Shown: positions 1 to 15,800, counted from the stretch's first letter. The stretch: 64,000 nucleotides of DNA from Eledone cirrhosa (GCA_964016885.1 OZ024740.1:33666001-33730000); one strand, 5' to 3'. Numbers and translations: made by a program. Notes: a model not told the origin generated them from the letters alone.

Positions 1-280
1 ACTCTCTCTTACCATCAACCATCTTTACTGCTATCTTCTAACTCTCTCTTACCATCAACCATCTTTACTGCTATCTTCCAACTCTCTCTTACCATCAACC
101 ATCTTTACTGCTATCTTCCAACTCTCTCTTACCAATAACCCTCTTTACTGCTATCTTCCAACTCTCTCTTACCATCAACCATCTTTACTGCTATCTTCCA
201 ACTCTCTCTTACCATCAACCATCTTTACTGCTATCTTCCAACTCTCTCTTACCATCAACCATCTTTACTGCTATCTTCCA

Positions 281-1154
281 ACTCTCTCTTACCATCAATC
301 ATCTTTACTGCTATCTTCCAACTCTCTCTTACCGTCAACCATCTTTACTGCTACCTTCCAACTCTCACTTACCATCAACCATCTTTACTGCTATCTTCCA
401 ACTCTCTCTTACCATCAACCATCTTTACTGCTATCTTCCAACTCTCTCTTACCATCAACCATCTTTACTGCTATCTTCCAACTCTCTCTTACCATCAACC
501 ATCTTTACTGCTATCTTCCAACTCTCTCTTACCATCAACCATCTTTACTGCTATCTTCCAACTCTCTCTTACCAATAACCCTCTTTACTGCTATCTTCTA
601 ACTCTCTCTTACCATCAACCATCTTTACTGCTATCTTCCAACTCTCTCTTACCAATAACCCTCTTTACTGCTATCTTCTAACTCTCTCTTACCATCAACC
701 ATCTTTACTGCTATCTTCCAACTCTCTCTTACCATCAATCATCTTTACTGCTATCTTCCAACTCTCTCTTACCGTCAACCATCTTTACTGCTACCTTCCA
801 ACTCTCACTTACCATCAACCATCTTTACTGCTATCTTCCAACTCTCTCTTACCATCAACCATCTTTACTGCTATCTTCCAACTCTCTCTTACCATCAACC
901 ATCTTTACTGCTATCTTCCAACTCTCTCTTACCATCAACCATCTTTACTGCTATCTTCCAACTCTCTCTTACCATCAACCATCTTTACTGCTATCTTCCA
1001 ACTCTCTCTTACCAATAACCCTCTTTACTGCTATCTTCTAACTCTCTCTTACCATCAACCATCTTTACTGCTATCTTCCAACTCTCTCTTACCAATAACC
1101 CTCTTTACTGCTATCTTCTAACTCTCTCTTACCATCAACCATCTTTACTGCTAT
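281..1154 (+). repeat. Representative 11-monomer (440-bp) higher-order repeat, two tandem copies; this unit recurs throughout the array
   Basis: The monomer order is CAATCATC variant, ACCGTC..CTACC variant, CTCAC variant, 4x consensus, AATAACCC..TTCTA, consensus, AATAACCC..TTCTA, consensus. The G of GTCAAC is at 334 and 774 (440 apart). Confidence 0.9.
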
Positions 1155-4100
1155 TTTCCAACTCTCTCTTACCATCAACCATCTTTACTGCTATCTTCCA
1201 ACTCTCTCTTACCATCAACTATCTTTACTGCTATCTTCCAACTCTCTCTTACCATCAACCATCTTTACTGCTACCTTCCAAGTCTCTCTTACCATCAACC
1301 ATCTTTACTGCTATCTTCCAACTCTCTCTTACCATCAACCATCTTTACTGCTATCTTCCAACTCTCTCTTACCATCAACTATCTTTACTGCTATCTTCCA
1401 ACTCTCTCTTACCATCAACCATCTTTACTGCTAACTTCCAACTCTCTCTTACCAATAACAGCTTTACTGCTATCTTCCAACTCTCTCTTACCATCAACCA
1501 TCTTTACTGCTATCTTCCAACTCTCTCTTACCATCAACCATCTTTACTGCTATCTTCCAACTCTCTCTTACCATCAACCATCTTTACTGCTATCTTCCAA
1601 CTCTCTCTTACCATCAACCATCTTTACTGCTATCTTCCAACTCTCTCTTACCATCAACCATCTTTACTGCTATCTTCCAACTCTCTCTTACCATCAATCA
1701 TCTTTACTGCTATCTTCCAACTCTCTCTTACCGTCAACCATCTTTACTGCTACCTTCCAACTCTCACTTACCATCAACCATCTTTACTGCTATCTTCCAA
1801 CTCTCTCTTACCATCAACCATCTTTACTGCTATCTTCCAACTCTCTCTTACCATCAACCATCTTTACTGCTATCTTCCAACTCTCTCTTACCATCAACCA
1901 TCTTTACTGCTATCTTCCAACTCTCTCTTACCATCAATCATCTTTACTGCTATCTTCCAACTCTCTCTTACCGTCAACCATCTTTACTGCTACCTTCCAA
2001 CTCTCACTTACCATCAACCATCTTTACTGCTATCTTCCAACTCTCTCTTACCATCAACCATCTTTACTGCTATCTTCCAACTCTCTCTTACCATCAACCA
2101 TCTTTACTGCTATCTTCCAACTCTCTCTTACCATCAACCATCTTTACTGCTATCTTCCAACTCTCTCTTACCATCAACCATCTTTACTGCTATCTTCCAA
2201 CTCTCTCTTACCAATAACCCTCTTTACTGCTATCTTCTAACTCTCTCTTACCATCAACCATCTTTACTGCTATCTTCCAACTCTCTCTTACCAATAACCC
2301 TCTTTACTGCTATCTTCTAACTCTCTCTTACCATCAACCATCTTTACTGCTATCTTCCAACTCTCTCTTACCATCAACCATCTTTACTGCTATCTTCCAA
2401 CTCTCTCTTACCATCAACCATCTTTACTGCTATCTTCCAACTCTCTCTTACCATCAACCATCTTTACTGCTATCTTCCAACTCTCTCTTACCATCAACCA
2501 TCTTTACTGCTATCTTCCAACTCTCTCTTACCATCAATCAACTTTACTGCTATCTTCCAACTCTCTCTTACCGTCAACCATCTTTACTGCTACCTTCCAA
2601 CTCTCACTTACCATCAACCATCTTTACTGCTATCTTCCAACTCTCTCTTACCATCAACCATCTTTACTGCTATCTTCCAACTCTCTCTTACCATCAACCA
2701 TCTTTACTGCTATCTTCCAACTCTCTCTTACCATCAACCATCTTTACTGCTATCTTCCAACTCTCTCTTACCATCAATCATCTTTACTGCTATCTTCCAA
2801 CTCTCTCTTACCGTCAACCATCTTTACTGCTACCTTCCAACTCTCACTTACCATCAACCATCTTTACTGCTATCTTCCAACTCTCTCTTACCATCAACCA
2901 TCTTTACTGCTATCTTCCAACTCTCTCTTACCATCAACCATCTTTACTGCTATCTTCCAACTCTCTCTTACCATCAACCATCTTTACTGCTATCTTCCAA
3001 CTCTCTCTTACCATCAACAATCTTTACTGCTATCTTCCAACTCTCTCTTACCAATAACCCTCTTTACTGCTATCTTCTAACTCTCTCTTACCATCAACCA
3101 TCTTTACTGCTATCTTCCAACTCTCTCTTACCAATAACCCTCTTTACTGCTATCTTCTAACTCTCTCTTACCATCAACCATCTTTACTGCTATCTTCCAA
3201 CTCTCTCTTACCATCAACCATCTTTACTGCTATCTTCCAACTCTCTCTTACCAATAACCCTCTTTACTGCTATCTTCCAACTCTCTCTTACCATCAACCA
3301 TCTTTACTGCTATCTTCCAACTCTCTCTTACCATCAACCATCTTTACTGCTATCTTCCAACTCTCTCTTACCATCAACCATCTTTACTGCTATCTTCCAA
3401 CTCTCTCTTACCATCAATCATCTTTACTGCTATCTTCCAACTCTCTCTTACCGTCAACCATCTTTACTGCTACCTTCCAACTCTCACTTACCATCAACCA
3501 TCTTTACTGCTATCTTCCAACTCTCTCTTACCATCAACCATCTTTACTGCTATCTTCCAACTCTCTCTTACCATCAACCATCTTTACTGCTATCTTCCAA
3601 CTCTCTCTTACCATCAACCATCTTTACTGCTATCTTCCAACTCTCTCTTACCATCAACCATCTTTACTGCTATCTTCCAACTCTCTCTTACCAATAACCC
3701 TCTTTACTGCTATCTTCTAACTCTCTCTTACCATCAACCATCTTTACTGCTATCTTCCAACTCTCTCTTACCAATAACCCTCTTTACTGCTATCTTCTAA
3801 CTCTCTCTTACCATCAACCATCTTTACTGCTATCTTCCAACTCTCTCTTACCATCAATCATCTTTACTGCTATCTTCCAACTCTCTCTTACCGTCAACCA
3901 TCTTTACTGCTACCTTCCAACTCTCACTTACCATCAACCATCTTTACTGCTATCTTCCAACTCTCTCTTACCATCAACCATCTTTACTGCTATCTTCCAA
4001 CTCTCTCTTACCATCAACCATCTTTACTGCTATCTTCCAACTCTCTCTTACCATCAACCATCTTTACTGCTATCTTCCAACTCTCTCTTACCATCAACCA

Positions 4101-6447
4101 TCTTTACTGCTATCTTCCAACTCTCTCTTACCAATAACCCTCTTTACTGCTATCTTCTAACTCTCTCTTACCATCAACCATCTTTACTGCTATCTTCCAA
4201 CTCTCTCTTACCAATAACCCTCTTTACTGCTATCTTCTAACTCTCTCTTACCATCAACCATCTTTACTGCTATCTTCCAACTCTCTCTTACCATCAACCA
4301 TCTTTACTGCTATCTTCCAACTCTCTCTTACCATCAACCATCTTTACTGCTATCTTCCAACTCTCTCTTACCATCAACCATCTTTACTGCTATCTTCCAA
4401 CTCTCTCTTACCATCAATCATCTTTACTGCTATCTTCCAACTCTCTCTTACCGTCAACCATCTTTACTGCTACCTTCCAACTCTCACTTACCATCAACCA
4501 TCTTTACTGCTATCTTCCAACTCTCTCTTACCATCAACCATCTTTACTGCTATCTTCCAACTCTCTCTTACCATCAACCATCTTTACTGCTACCTTCCAA
4601 CTCTCTCTTACCATCAACCATCTTTACTGCTATCTTCCAACTCTCTCTTACCATCAACCATCTTTTCTGCTACCTTCCAACTCTCTCTCTTACCATCAAC
4701 CATCTTTACTGCTATCTTCCCACTCTCTCTTACCATCAACCATCTTTACTGCTATCTTCTAACTCTCTCTTACCATCAACCATCTTTACTGCTATCTTCC
4801 AACTCTCTCTTACCATCAATCATCTTTACTGCTATCTTCCAACTCTCTCTTACCTTCAACCATCTTTACTGCTACCTTCCAACTCTCACTTACCATCAAC
4901 CATCTTTACTGCTATCTTCCAACTCTCTCTTACCATCAACCATCTTTACTGCTATCTTCTAACTCTCTCTTACCATCAACCATCTTTACTGCTACCTTCC
5001 AACTCTCTCTTACCATCAACCATCTTTACTGCTATCTTCTAACTCTCTCTTACCATCAACCATCTTTACTGCTATCTTCTAACTCTCTCTTACCATCAAC
5101 CATCTTTACTGCTATCTTCTAACTGTCTCTTACCATCAACCATCTTTACTGCTACCTTCCAACTCTCTCTTACCAATAACCATCTTTACTGCTATCTTCT
5201 AACTCTCTCTCTTACCATCAACCATCTTTACTGCTATCTTCCAACTCTCTCTTACCATCAACCATCTTTACTGCTACCTTCCAACTCTCTCTTACCAATA
5301 ACCATCTTTACTGCTATCTTCTAACTCTCTCTTACCATCAACCATCTTTACTGCTACCTTCCAACTCTCTCTTACCATCAACCATCTTTACTGCTAACTT
5401 CCAACTCTCTCTTACCAATAACCATCTTTACTGCTATCTTCTAACTCTCTCTCTTACCATCAACCATCTTTACTGCTATCTTCCAACTCTCTCTTACCAT
5501 CAACCATCTTTACTGCTATCTTCCAACTCTCTCTTACCAATAACCCTCTTTACTGCTATCTTCTAACTCTCTCTTACCATCAACCATCTTTACTGCTATC
5601 TTCCAACTCTCTCTTACCAATAACCCTCTTTACTGCTATCTTCTAACTCTCTCTTACCATCAACCATCTTTACTGCTATCTTCCAACTCTCTCTTACCAA
5701 TAACCCTCTTTACTGCTACCTTCCAACTCTCACTTACCATCAACCATCTTTACTGCTATCTTCCAACTCTCTCTTACCATCAACCATCTTTACTGCTATC
5801 TTCCAACTCTCTCTTACCAATAACCCTCTTTACTGCTATCTTCTAACTCTCTCTTACCATCAACCATCTTTACTGCTATCTTCCAACTCTCTCTTACCAT
5901 CAACCATCTTTACTGCTATCTTCCAACTCTCTCTTACCATCAACCATCTTTACTGCTATCTTCCAACTCTCTCTTACCAATAACCATCTTTACTGCTATC
6001 TTCTAACTCTCTCTTACCATCAACTGTCTTTACTGCTACCTTCCAACTCTCTCTTACCATCAACCATCTTTACTGCTATCTTCCAACTCTCTCTTACCAT
6101 CAACCATCTTTACTGCTACCTTCCAACTCTCTCTTACCATCAACCATCTTTACTGCTATCTTCCAACTCTCTCTTACCATCAACCATCTTTACTGCTATC
6201 TTCCAACTCTCTCTTACCATCAACCATCTTTACTGCTATCTTCCAACTCTCTCTTACCAATAACCATCTTTACTGCTATCTTCTAACTCTCTCTTACCAT
6301 CAACCATCTTTACTGCTATCTTCCAACTCTCTCTTACCAATAACCATCTTTACTGCCATCTTCCAACTCTCTCTTACCATCAACCATCTTTTCTGCTACC
6401 TTCCAACTCTCTCTCTTACCATCAACCATCTTTACTGCTATCTTCCC

Positions 6448-9400
6448 ACTCTCTCTTACCATCAACCATCTTTACTGCTATCTTCTAACTCTCTCTTACC
6501 ATCAACCATCTTTACTGCTATCTTCCAACTCTCTCTTACCATCAACCATCTTTACTGCTATCTTCCAACTCTCTCTTACCAATAACCCTCTTTACTGCTA
6601 TCTTCCAACTCTCTCTTACCATCAACCATCTTTACTGCTATCTTCCAACTCTCTCTTACCATCAACCATCTTTACTGCTATCTTCCAACTCTCTCTTACC
6701 ATCAACCATCTTTACTGCTATCTTCCAACTCTCTCTTACCATCAATCATCTTTACTGCTATCTTCCAACTCTCTCTTACCGTCAACCATCTTTACTGCTA
6801 CCTTCCAACTCTCACTTACCATCAACCATCTTTACTGCTATCTTCCAACTCTCTCTTACCATCAACCATCTTTACTGCTATCTTCCAACTCTCTCTTACC
6901 ATCAACCATCTTTACTGCTATCTTCCAACTCTCTCTTACCATCAACCATCTTTACTGCTATCTTCCAACTCTCTCTTACCATCAACCATCTTTACTGCTA
7001 TCTTCCAACTCTCTCTTACCAATAACCCTCTTTACTGCTATCTTCTAACTCTCTCTTACCATCAACCATCTTTACTGCTATCTTCCAACTCTCTCTTACC
7101 AATAACCCTCTTTACTGCTATCTTCTAACTCTCTCTTACCATCAACCATCTTTACTGCTATCTTCCAACTCTCTCTTACCATCAATCATCTTTACTGCTA
7201 TCTTCCAACTCTCTCTTACCGTCAACCATCTTTACTGCTACCTTCCAACTCTCACTTACCATCAACCATCTTTACTGCTATCTTCCAACTCTCTCTTACC
7301 ATCAACCATCTTTACTGCTATCTTCCAACTCTCTCTTACCATCAACCATCTTTACTGCTATCTTCCAACTCTCTCTTACCATCAACCATCTTTACTGCTA
7401 TCTTCCAACTCTCTCTTACCATCAACCATCTTTACTGCTATCTTCCAACTCTCTCTTACCAATAACCCTCTTTACTGCTATCTTCTAACTCTCTCTTACC
7501 ATCAACCATCTTTACTGCTATCTTCCAACTCTCTCTTACCAATAACCCTCTTTACTGCTATCTTCTAACTCTCTCTTACCATCAACCATCTTTACTGCTA
7601 TTTTCCAACTCTCTCTTACCATCAACCATCTTTACTGCTATCTTCCAACTCTCTCTTACCATCAACTATCTTTACTGCTATCTTCCAACTCTCTCTTACC
7701 ATCAACCATCTTTACTGCTACCTTCCAAGTCTCTCTTACCATCAACCATCTTTACTGCTATCTTCCAACTCTCTCTTACCATCAACCATCTTTACTGCTA
7801 TCTTCCAACTCTCTCTTACCATCAACTATCTTTACTGCTATCTTCCAACTCTCTCTTACCATCAACCATCTTTACTGCTAACTTCCAACTCTCTCTTACC
7901 AATAACAGCTTTACTGCTATCTTCCAACTCTCTCTTACCATCAACCATCTTTACTGCTATCTTCCAACTCTCTCTTACCATCAACCATCTTTACTGCTAT
8001 CTTCCAACTCTCTCTTACCATCAACCATCTTTACTGCTATCTTCCAACTCTCTCTTACCATCAACCATCTTTACTGCTATCTTCCAACTCTCTCTTACCA
8101 TCAACCATCTTTACTGCTATCTTCCAACTCTCTCTTACCATCAATCATCTTTACTGCTATCTTCCAACTCTCTCTTACCGTCAACCATCTTTACTGCTAC
8201 CTTCCAACTCTCACTTACCATCAACCATCTTTACTGCTATCTTCCAACTCTCTCTTACCATCAACCATCTTTACTGCTATCTTCCAACTCTCTCTTACCA
8301 TCAACCATCTTTACTGCTATCTTCCAACTCTCTCTTACCATCAACCATCTTTACTGCTATCTTCCAACTCTCTCTTACCATCAATCATCTTTACTGCTAT
8401 CTTCCAACTCTCTCTTACCGTCAACCATCTTTACTGCTACCTTCCAACTCTCACTTACCATCAACCATCTTTACTGCTATCTTCCAACTCTCTCTTACCA
8501 TCAACCATCTTTACTGCTATCTTCCAACTCTCTCTTACCATCAACCATCTTTACTGCTATCTTCCAACTCTCTCTTACCATCAACCATCTTTACTGCTAT
8601 CTTCCAACTCTCTCTTACCATCAACCATCTTTACTGCTATCTTCCAACTCTCTCTTACCAATAACCCTCTTTACTGCTATCTTCTAACTCTCTCTTACCA
8701 TCAACCATCTTTACTGCTATCTTCCAACTCTCTCTTACCAATAACCCTCTTTACTGCTATCTTCTAACTCTCTCTTACCATCAACCATCTTTACTGCTAT
8801 CTTCCAACTCTCTCTTACCATCAACCATCTTTACTGCTATCTTCCAACTCTCTCTTACCATCAACCATCTTTACTGCTATCTTCCAACTCTCTCTTACCA
8901 TCAACCATCTTTACTGCTATCTTCCAACTCTCTCTTACCATCAACCATCTTTACTGCTATCTTCCAACTCTCTCTTACCATCAATCAACTTTACTGCTAT
9001 CTTCCAACTCTCTCTTACCGTCAACCATCTTTACTGCTACCTTCCAACTCTCACTTACCATCAACCATCTTTACTGCTATCTTCCAACTCTCTCTTACCA
9101 TCAACCATCTTTACTGCTATCTTCCAACTCTCTCTTACCATCAACCATCTTTACTGCTATCTTCCAACTCTCTCTTACCATCAACCATCTTTACTGCTAT
9201 CTTCCAACTCTCTCTTACCATCAATCATCTTTACTGCTATCTTCCAACTCTCTCTTACCGTCAACCATCTTTACTGCTACCTTCCAACTCTCACTTACCA
9301 TCAACCATCTTTACTGCTATCTTCCAACTCTCTCTTACCATCAACCATCTTTACTGCTATCTTCCAACTCTCTCTTACCATCAACCATCTTTACTGCTAT

Positions 9401-12400
9401 CTTCCAACTCTCTCTTACCATCAACCATCTTTACTGCTATCTTCCAACTCTCTCTTACCATCAACAATCTTTACTGCTATCTTCCAACTCTCTCTTACCA
9501 ATAACCCTCTTTACTGCTATCTTCTAACTCTCTCTTACCATCAACCATCTTTACTGCTATCTTCCAACTCTCTCTTACCAATAACCCTCTTTACTGCTAT
9601 CTTCTAACTCTCTCTTACCATCAACCATCTTTACTGCTATCTTCCAACTCTCTCTTACCATCAACCATCTTTACTGCTATCTTCCAACTCTCTCTTACCA
9701 ATAACCCTCTTTACTGCTATCTTCCAACTCTCTCTTACCATCAACCATCTTTACTGCTATCTTCCAACTCTCTCTTACCATCAACCATCTTTACTGCTAT
9801 CTTCCAACTCTCTCTTACCATCAACCATCTTTACTGCTATCTTCCAACTCTCTCTTACCATCAATCATCTTTACTGCTATCTTCCAACTCTCTCTTACCG
9901 TCAACCATCTTTACTGCTACCTTCCAACTCTCACTTACCATCAACCATCTTTACTGCTATCTTCCAACTCTCTCTTACCATCAACCATCTTTACTGCTAT
10001 CTTCCAACTCTCTCTTACCATCAACCATCTTTACTGCTATCTTCCAACTCTCTCTTACCATCAACCATCTTTACTGCTATCTTCCAACTCTCTCTTACCA
10101 TCAACCATCTTTACTGCTATCTTCCAACTCTCTCTTACCAATAACCCTCTTTACTGCTATCTTCTAACTCTCTCTTACCATCAACCATCTTTACTGCTAT
10201 CTTCCAACTCTCTCTTACCAATAACCCTCTTTACTGCTATCTTCTAACTCTCTCTTACCATCAACCATCTTTACTGCTATCTTCCAACTCTCTCTTACCA
10301 TCAATCATCTTTACTGCTATCTTCCAACTCTCTCTTACCGTCAACCATCTTTACTGCTACCTTCCAACTCTCACTTACCATCAACCATCTTTACTGCTAT
10401 CTTCCAACTCTCTCTTACCATCAACCATCTTTACTGCTATCTTCCAACTCTCTCTTACCATCAACCATCTTTACTGCTATCTTCCAACTCTCTCTTACCA
10501 TCAACCATCTTTACTGCTATCTTCCAACTCTCTCTTACCATCAACCATCTTTACTGCTATCTTCCAACTCTCTCTTACCAATAACCCTCTTTACTGCTAT
10601 CTTCTAACTCTCTCTTACCATCAACCATCTTTACTGCTATCTTCCAACTCTCTCTTACCAATAACCCTCTTTACTGCTATCTTCTAACTCTCTCTTACCA
10701 TCAACCATCTTTACTGCTATTTTCCAACTCTCTCTTACCATCAACCATCTTTACTGCTATCTTCCAACTCTCTCTTACCATCAACTATCTTTACTGCTAT
10801 CTTCCAACTCTCTCTTACCATCAACCATCTTTACTGCTACCTTCCAAGTCTCTCTTACCATCAACCATCTTTACTGCTATCTTCCAACTCTCTCTTACCA
10901 TCAACCATCTTTACTGCTATCTTCCAACTCTCTCTTACCATCAACTATCTTTACTGCTATCTTCCAACTCTCTCTTACCATCAACCATCTTTACTGCTAA
11001 CTTCCAACTCTCTCTTACCAATAACAGCTTTACTGCTATCTTCCAACTCTCTCTTACCATCAACCATCTTTACTGCTATCTTCCAACTCTCTCTTACCAT
11101 CAACCATCTTTACTGCTATCTTCCAACTCTCTCTTACCATCAACCATCTTTACTGCTATCTTCCAACTCTCTCTTACCATCAACCATCTTTACTGCTATC
11201 TTCCAACTCTCTCTTACCATCAACCATCTTTACTGCTATCTTCCAACTCTCTCTTACCATCAATCATCTTTACTGCTATCTTCCAACTCTCTCTTACCGT
11301 CAACCATCTTTACTGCTACCTTCCAACTCTCACTTACCATCAACCATCTTTACTGCTATCTTCCAACTCTCTCTTACCATCAACCATCTTTACTGCTATC
11401 TTCCAACTCTCTCTTACCATCAACCATCTTTACTGCTATCTTCCAACTCTCTCTTACCATCAACCATCTTTACTGCTATCTTCCAACTCTCTCTTACCAT
11501 CAATCATCTTTACTGCTATCTTCCAACTCTCTCTTACCGTCAACCATCTTTACTGCTACCTTCCAACTCTCACTTACCATCAACCATCTTTACTGCTATC
11601 TTCCAACTCTCTCTTACCATCAACCATCTTTACTGCTATCTTCCAACTCTCTCTTACCATCAACCATCTTTACTGCTATCTTCCAACTCTCTCTTACCAT
11701 CAACCATCTTTACTGCTATCTTCCAACTCTCTCTTACCATCAACCATCTTTACTGCTATCTTCCAACTCTCTCTTACCAATAACCCTCTTTACTGCTATC
11801 TTCTAACTCTCTCTTACCATCAACCATCTTTACTGCTATCTTCCAACTCTCTCTTACCAATAACCCTCTTTACTGCTATCTTCTAACTCTCTCTTACCAT
11901 CAACCATCTTTACTGCTATCTTCCAACTCTCTCTTACCATCAACCATCTTTACTGCTATCTTCCAACTCTCTCTTACCATCAACCATCTTTACTGCTATC
12001 TTCCAACTCTCTCTTACCATCAACCATCTTTACTGCTATCTTCCAACTCTCTCTTACCATCAACCATCTTTACTGCTATCTTCCAACTCTCTCTTACCAT
12101 CAATCAACTTTACTGCTATCTTCCAACTCTCTCTTACCGTCAACCATCTTTACTGCTACCTTCCAACTCTCACTTACCATCAACCATCTTTACTGCTATC
12201 TTCCAACTCTCTCTTACCATCAACCATCTTTACTGCTATCTTCCAACTCTCTCTTACCATCAACCATCTTTACTGCTATCTTCCAACTCTCTCTTACCAT
12301 CAACCATCTTTACTGCTATCTTCCAACTCTCTCTTACCATCAATCATCTTTACTGCTATCTTCCAACTCTCTCTTACCGTCAACCATCTTTACTGCTACC

Positions 12401-12843
12401 TTCCAACTCTCACTTACCATCAACCATCTTTACTGCTATCTTCCAACTCTCTCTTACCATCAACCATCTTTACTGCTATCTTCCAACTCTCTCTTACCAT
12501 CAACCATCTTTACTGCTATCTTCCAACTCTCTCTTACCATCAACCATCTTTACTGCTATCTTCCAACTCTCTCTTACCATCAACAATCTTTACTGCTATC
12601 TTCCAACTCTCTCTTACCAATAACCCTCTTTACTGCTATCTTCTAACTCTCTCTTACCATCAACCATCTTTACTGCTATCTTCCAACTCTCTCTTACCAA
12701 TAACCCTCTTTACTGCTATCTTCTAACTCTCTCTTACCATCAACCATCTTTACTGCTATCTTCCAACTCTCTCTTACCATCAACCATCTTTACTGCTATC
12801 TTCCAACTCTCTCTTACCAATAACCCTCTTTACTGCTATCTTC
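6448..12843 (+). repeat. Tandem duplication of a 3119-bp (78-monomer) unit; a third copy starts at base 1 (offset 6447)
   Basis: Three private markers recur at identical offsets (6447, then 3119): AATAACAGCT with a 1-bp deletion (G at 1461, 7908, 11027), CAATCAACT (2541, 8988, 12107) and CAACAATC (3019, 9466, 12585). Confidence 0.9.
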
Positions 12844-15800
12844 TAACTCTCTCTTACCATCAACCATCTTTACTGCTATCTTCCAACTCTCTCTTACCAA
12901 TAACCCTCTTTACTGCTATCTTCTAACTCTCTCTTACCATCAACCATCTTTACTGCTATCTTCCAACTCTCTCTTACCAATAACCCTCTTTACTGCTACC
13001 TTCCAACTCTCACTTACCATCAACCATCTTTACTGCTATCTTCCAACTCTCTCTTACCATCAACCATCTTTACTGCTATCTTCCAACTCTCTCTTACCAA
13101 TAACCCTCTTTACTGCTATCTTCTAACTCTCTCTTACCATCAACCATCTTTACTGCTATCTTCCAACTCTCTCTTACCATCAACCATCTTTACTGCTATC
13201 TTCCAACTCTCTCTTACCATCAACCATCTTTACTGCTATCTTCCAACTCTCTCTTACCAATAACCATCTTTACTGCTATCTTCTAACTCTCTCTTACCAT
13301 CAACTGTCTTTACTGCTACCTTCCAACTCTCTCTTACCATCAACCATCTTTACTGCTATCTTCCAACTCTCTCTTACCATCAACCATCTTTACTGCTACC
13401 TTCCAACTCTCTCTTACCATCAACCATCTTTACTGCTATCTTCCAACTCTCTCTTACCATCAACCATCTTTACTGCTATCTTCCAACTCTCTCTTACCAT
13501 CAACCATCTTTACTGCTATCTTCCAACTCTCTCTTACCAATAACCATCTTTACTGCTATCTTCTAACTCTCTCTTACCATCAACCATCTTTACTGCTATC
13601 TTCCAACTCTCTCTTACCAATAACCATCTTTACTGCCATCTTCCAACTCTCTCTTACCATCAACCATCTTTTCTGCTACCTTCCAACTCTCTCTCTTACC
13701 ATCAACCATCTTTACTGCTATCTTCCCACTCTCTCTTACCATCAACCATCTTTACTGCTATCTTCTAACTCTCTCTTACCATCAACCATCTTTACTGCTA
13801 TCTTCCAACTCTCTCTTACCATCAACCATCTTTACTGCTATCTTCCAACTCTCTCTTACCAATAACCCTCTTTACTGCTATCTTCCAACTCTCTCTTACC
13901 ATCAACCATCTTTACTGCTATCTTCCAACTCTCTCTTACCATCAACCATCTTTACTGCTATCTTCCAACTCTCTCTTACCATCAACCATCTTTACTGCTA
14001 TCTTCCAACTCTCTCTTACCATCAATCATCTTTACTGCTATCTTCCAACTCTCTCTTACCGTCAACCATCTTTACTGCTACCTTCCAACTCTCACTTACC
14101 ATCAACCATCTTTACTGCTATCTTCCAACTCTCTCTTACCATCAACCATCTTTACTGCTATCTTCCAACTCTCTCTTACCATCAACCATCTTTACTGCTA
14201 TCTTCCAACTCTCTCTTACCATCAACCATCTTTACTGCTATCTTCCAACTCTCTCTTACCATCAACCATCTTTACTGCTATCTTCCAACTCTCTCTTACC
14301 AATAACCCTCTTTACTGCTATCTTCTAACTCTCTCTTACCATCAACCATCTTTACTGCTATCTTCCAACTCTCTCTTACCAATAACCCTCTTTACTGCTA
14401 TCTTCTAACTCTCTCTTACCATCAACCATCTTTACTGCTATCTTCCAACTCTCTCTTACCATCAATCATCTTTACTGCTATCTTCCAACTCTCTCTTACC
14501 GTCAACCATCTTTACTGCTACCTTCCAACTCTCACTTACCATCAACCATCTTTACTGCTATCTTCCAACTCTCTCTTACCATCAACCATCTTTACTGCTA
14601 TCTTCCAACTCTCTCTTACCATCAACCATCTTTACTGCTATCTTCCAACTCTCTCTTACCATCAACCATCTTTACTGCTATCTTCCAACTCTCTCTTACC
14701 ATCAACCATCTTTACTGCTATCTTCCAACTCTCTCTTACCAATAACCCTCTTTACTGCTATCTTCTAACTCTCTCTTACCATCAACCATCTTTACTGCTA
14801 TCTTCCAACTCTCTCTTACCAATAACCCTCTTTACTGCTATCTTCTAACTCTCTCTTACCATCAACCATCTTTACTGCTATCTTCCAACTCTCTCTTACC
14901 ATCAACCATCTTTACTGCTATCTTCCAACTCTCTCTTACCATCAACCATCTTTACTGCTATCTTCCAACTCTCTCTTACCATCAACCATCTTTACTGCTA
15001 TCTTCCAACTCTCTCTTACCATCAATCATCTTTACTGCTATCTTCCAACTCTCTCTTACCGTCAACCATCTTTACTGCTACCTTCCAACTCTCACTTACC
15101 ATCAACCATCTTTACTGCTATCTTCCAACTCTCTCTTACCATCAACCATCTTTACTGCTATCTTCCAACTCTCTCTTACCATCAACCATCTTTACTGCTA
15201 CCTTCCAACTCTCTCTTACCATCAACCATCTTTACTGCTATCTTCCAACTCTCTCTTACCATCAACCATCTTTTCTGCTACCTTCCAACTCTCTCTCTTA
15301 CCATCAACCATCTTTACTGCTATCTTCCCACTCTCTCTTACCATCAACCATCTTTACTGCTATCTTCTAACTCTCTCTTACCATCAACCATCTTTACTGC
15401 TATCTTCCAACTCTCTCTTACCATCAATCATCTTTACTGCTATCTTCCAACTCTCTCTTACCTTCAACCATCTTTACTGCTACCTTCCAACTCTCACTTA
15501 CCATCAACCATCTTTACTGCTATCTTCCAACTCTCTCTTACCATCAACCATCTTTACTGCTATCTTCTAACTCTCTCTTACCATCAACCATCTTTACTGC
15601 TACCTTCCAACTCTCTCTTACCATCAACCATCTTTACTGCTATCTTCTAACTCTCTCTTACCATCAACCATCTTTACTGCTATCTTCTAACTCTCTCTTA
15701 CCATCAACCATCTTTACTGCTATCTTCTAACTGTCTCTTACCATCAACCATCTTTACTGCTACCTTCCAACTCTCTCTTACCAATAACCATCTTTACTGC

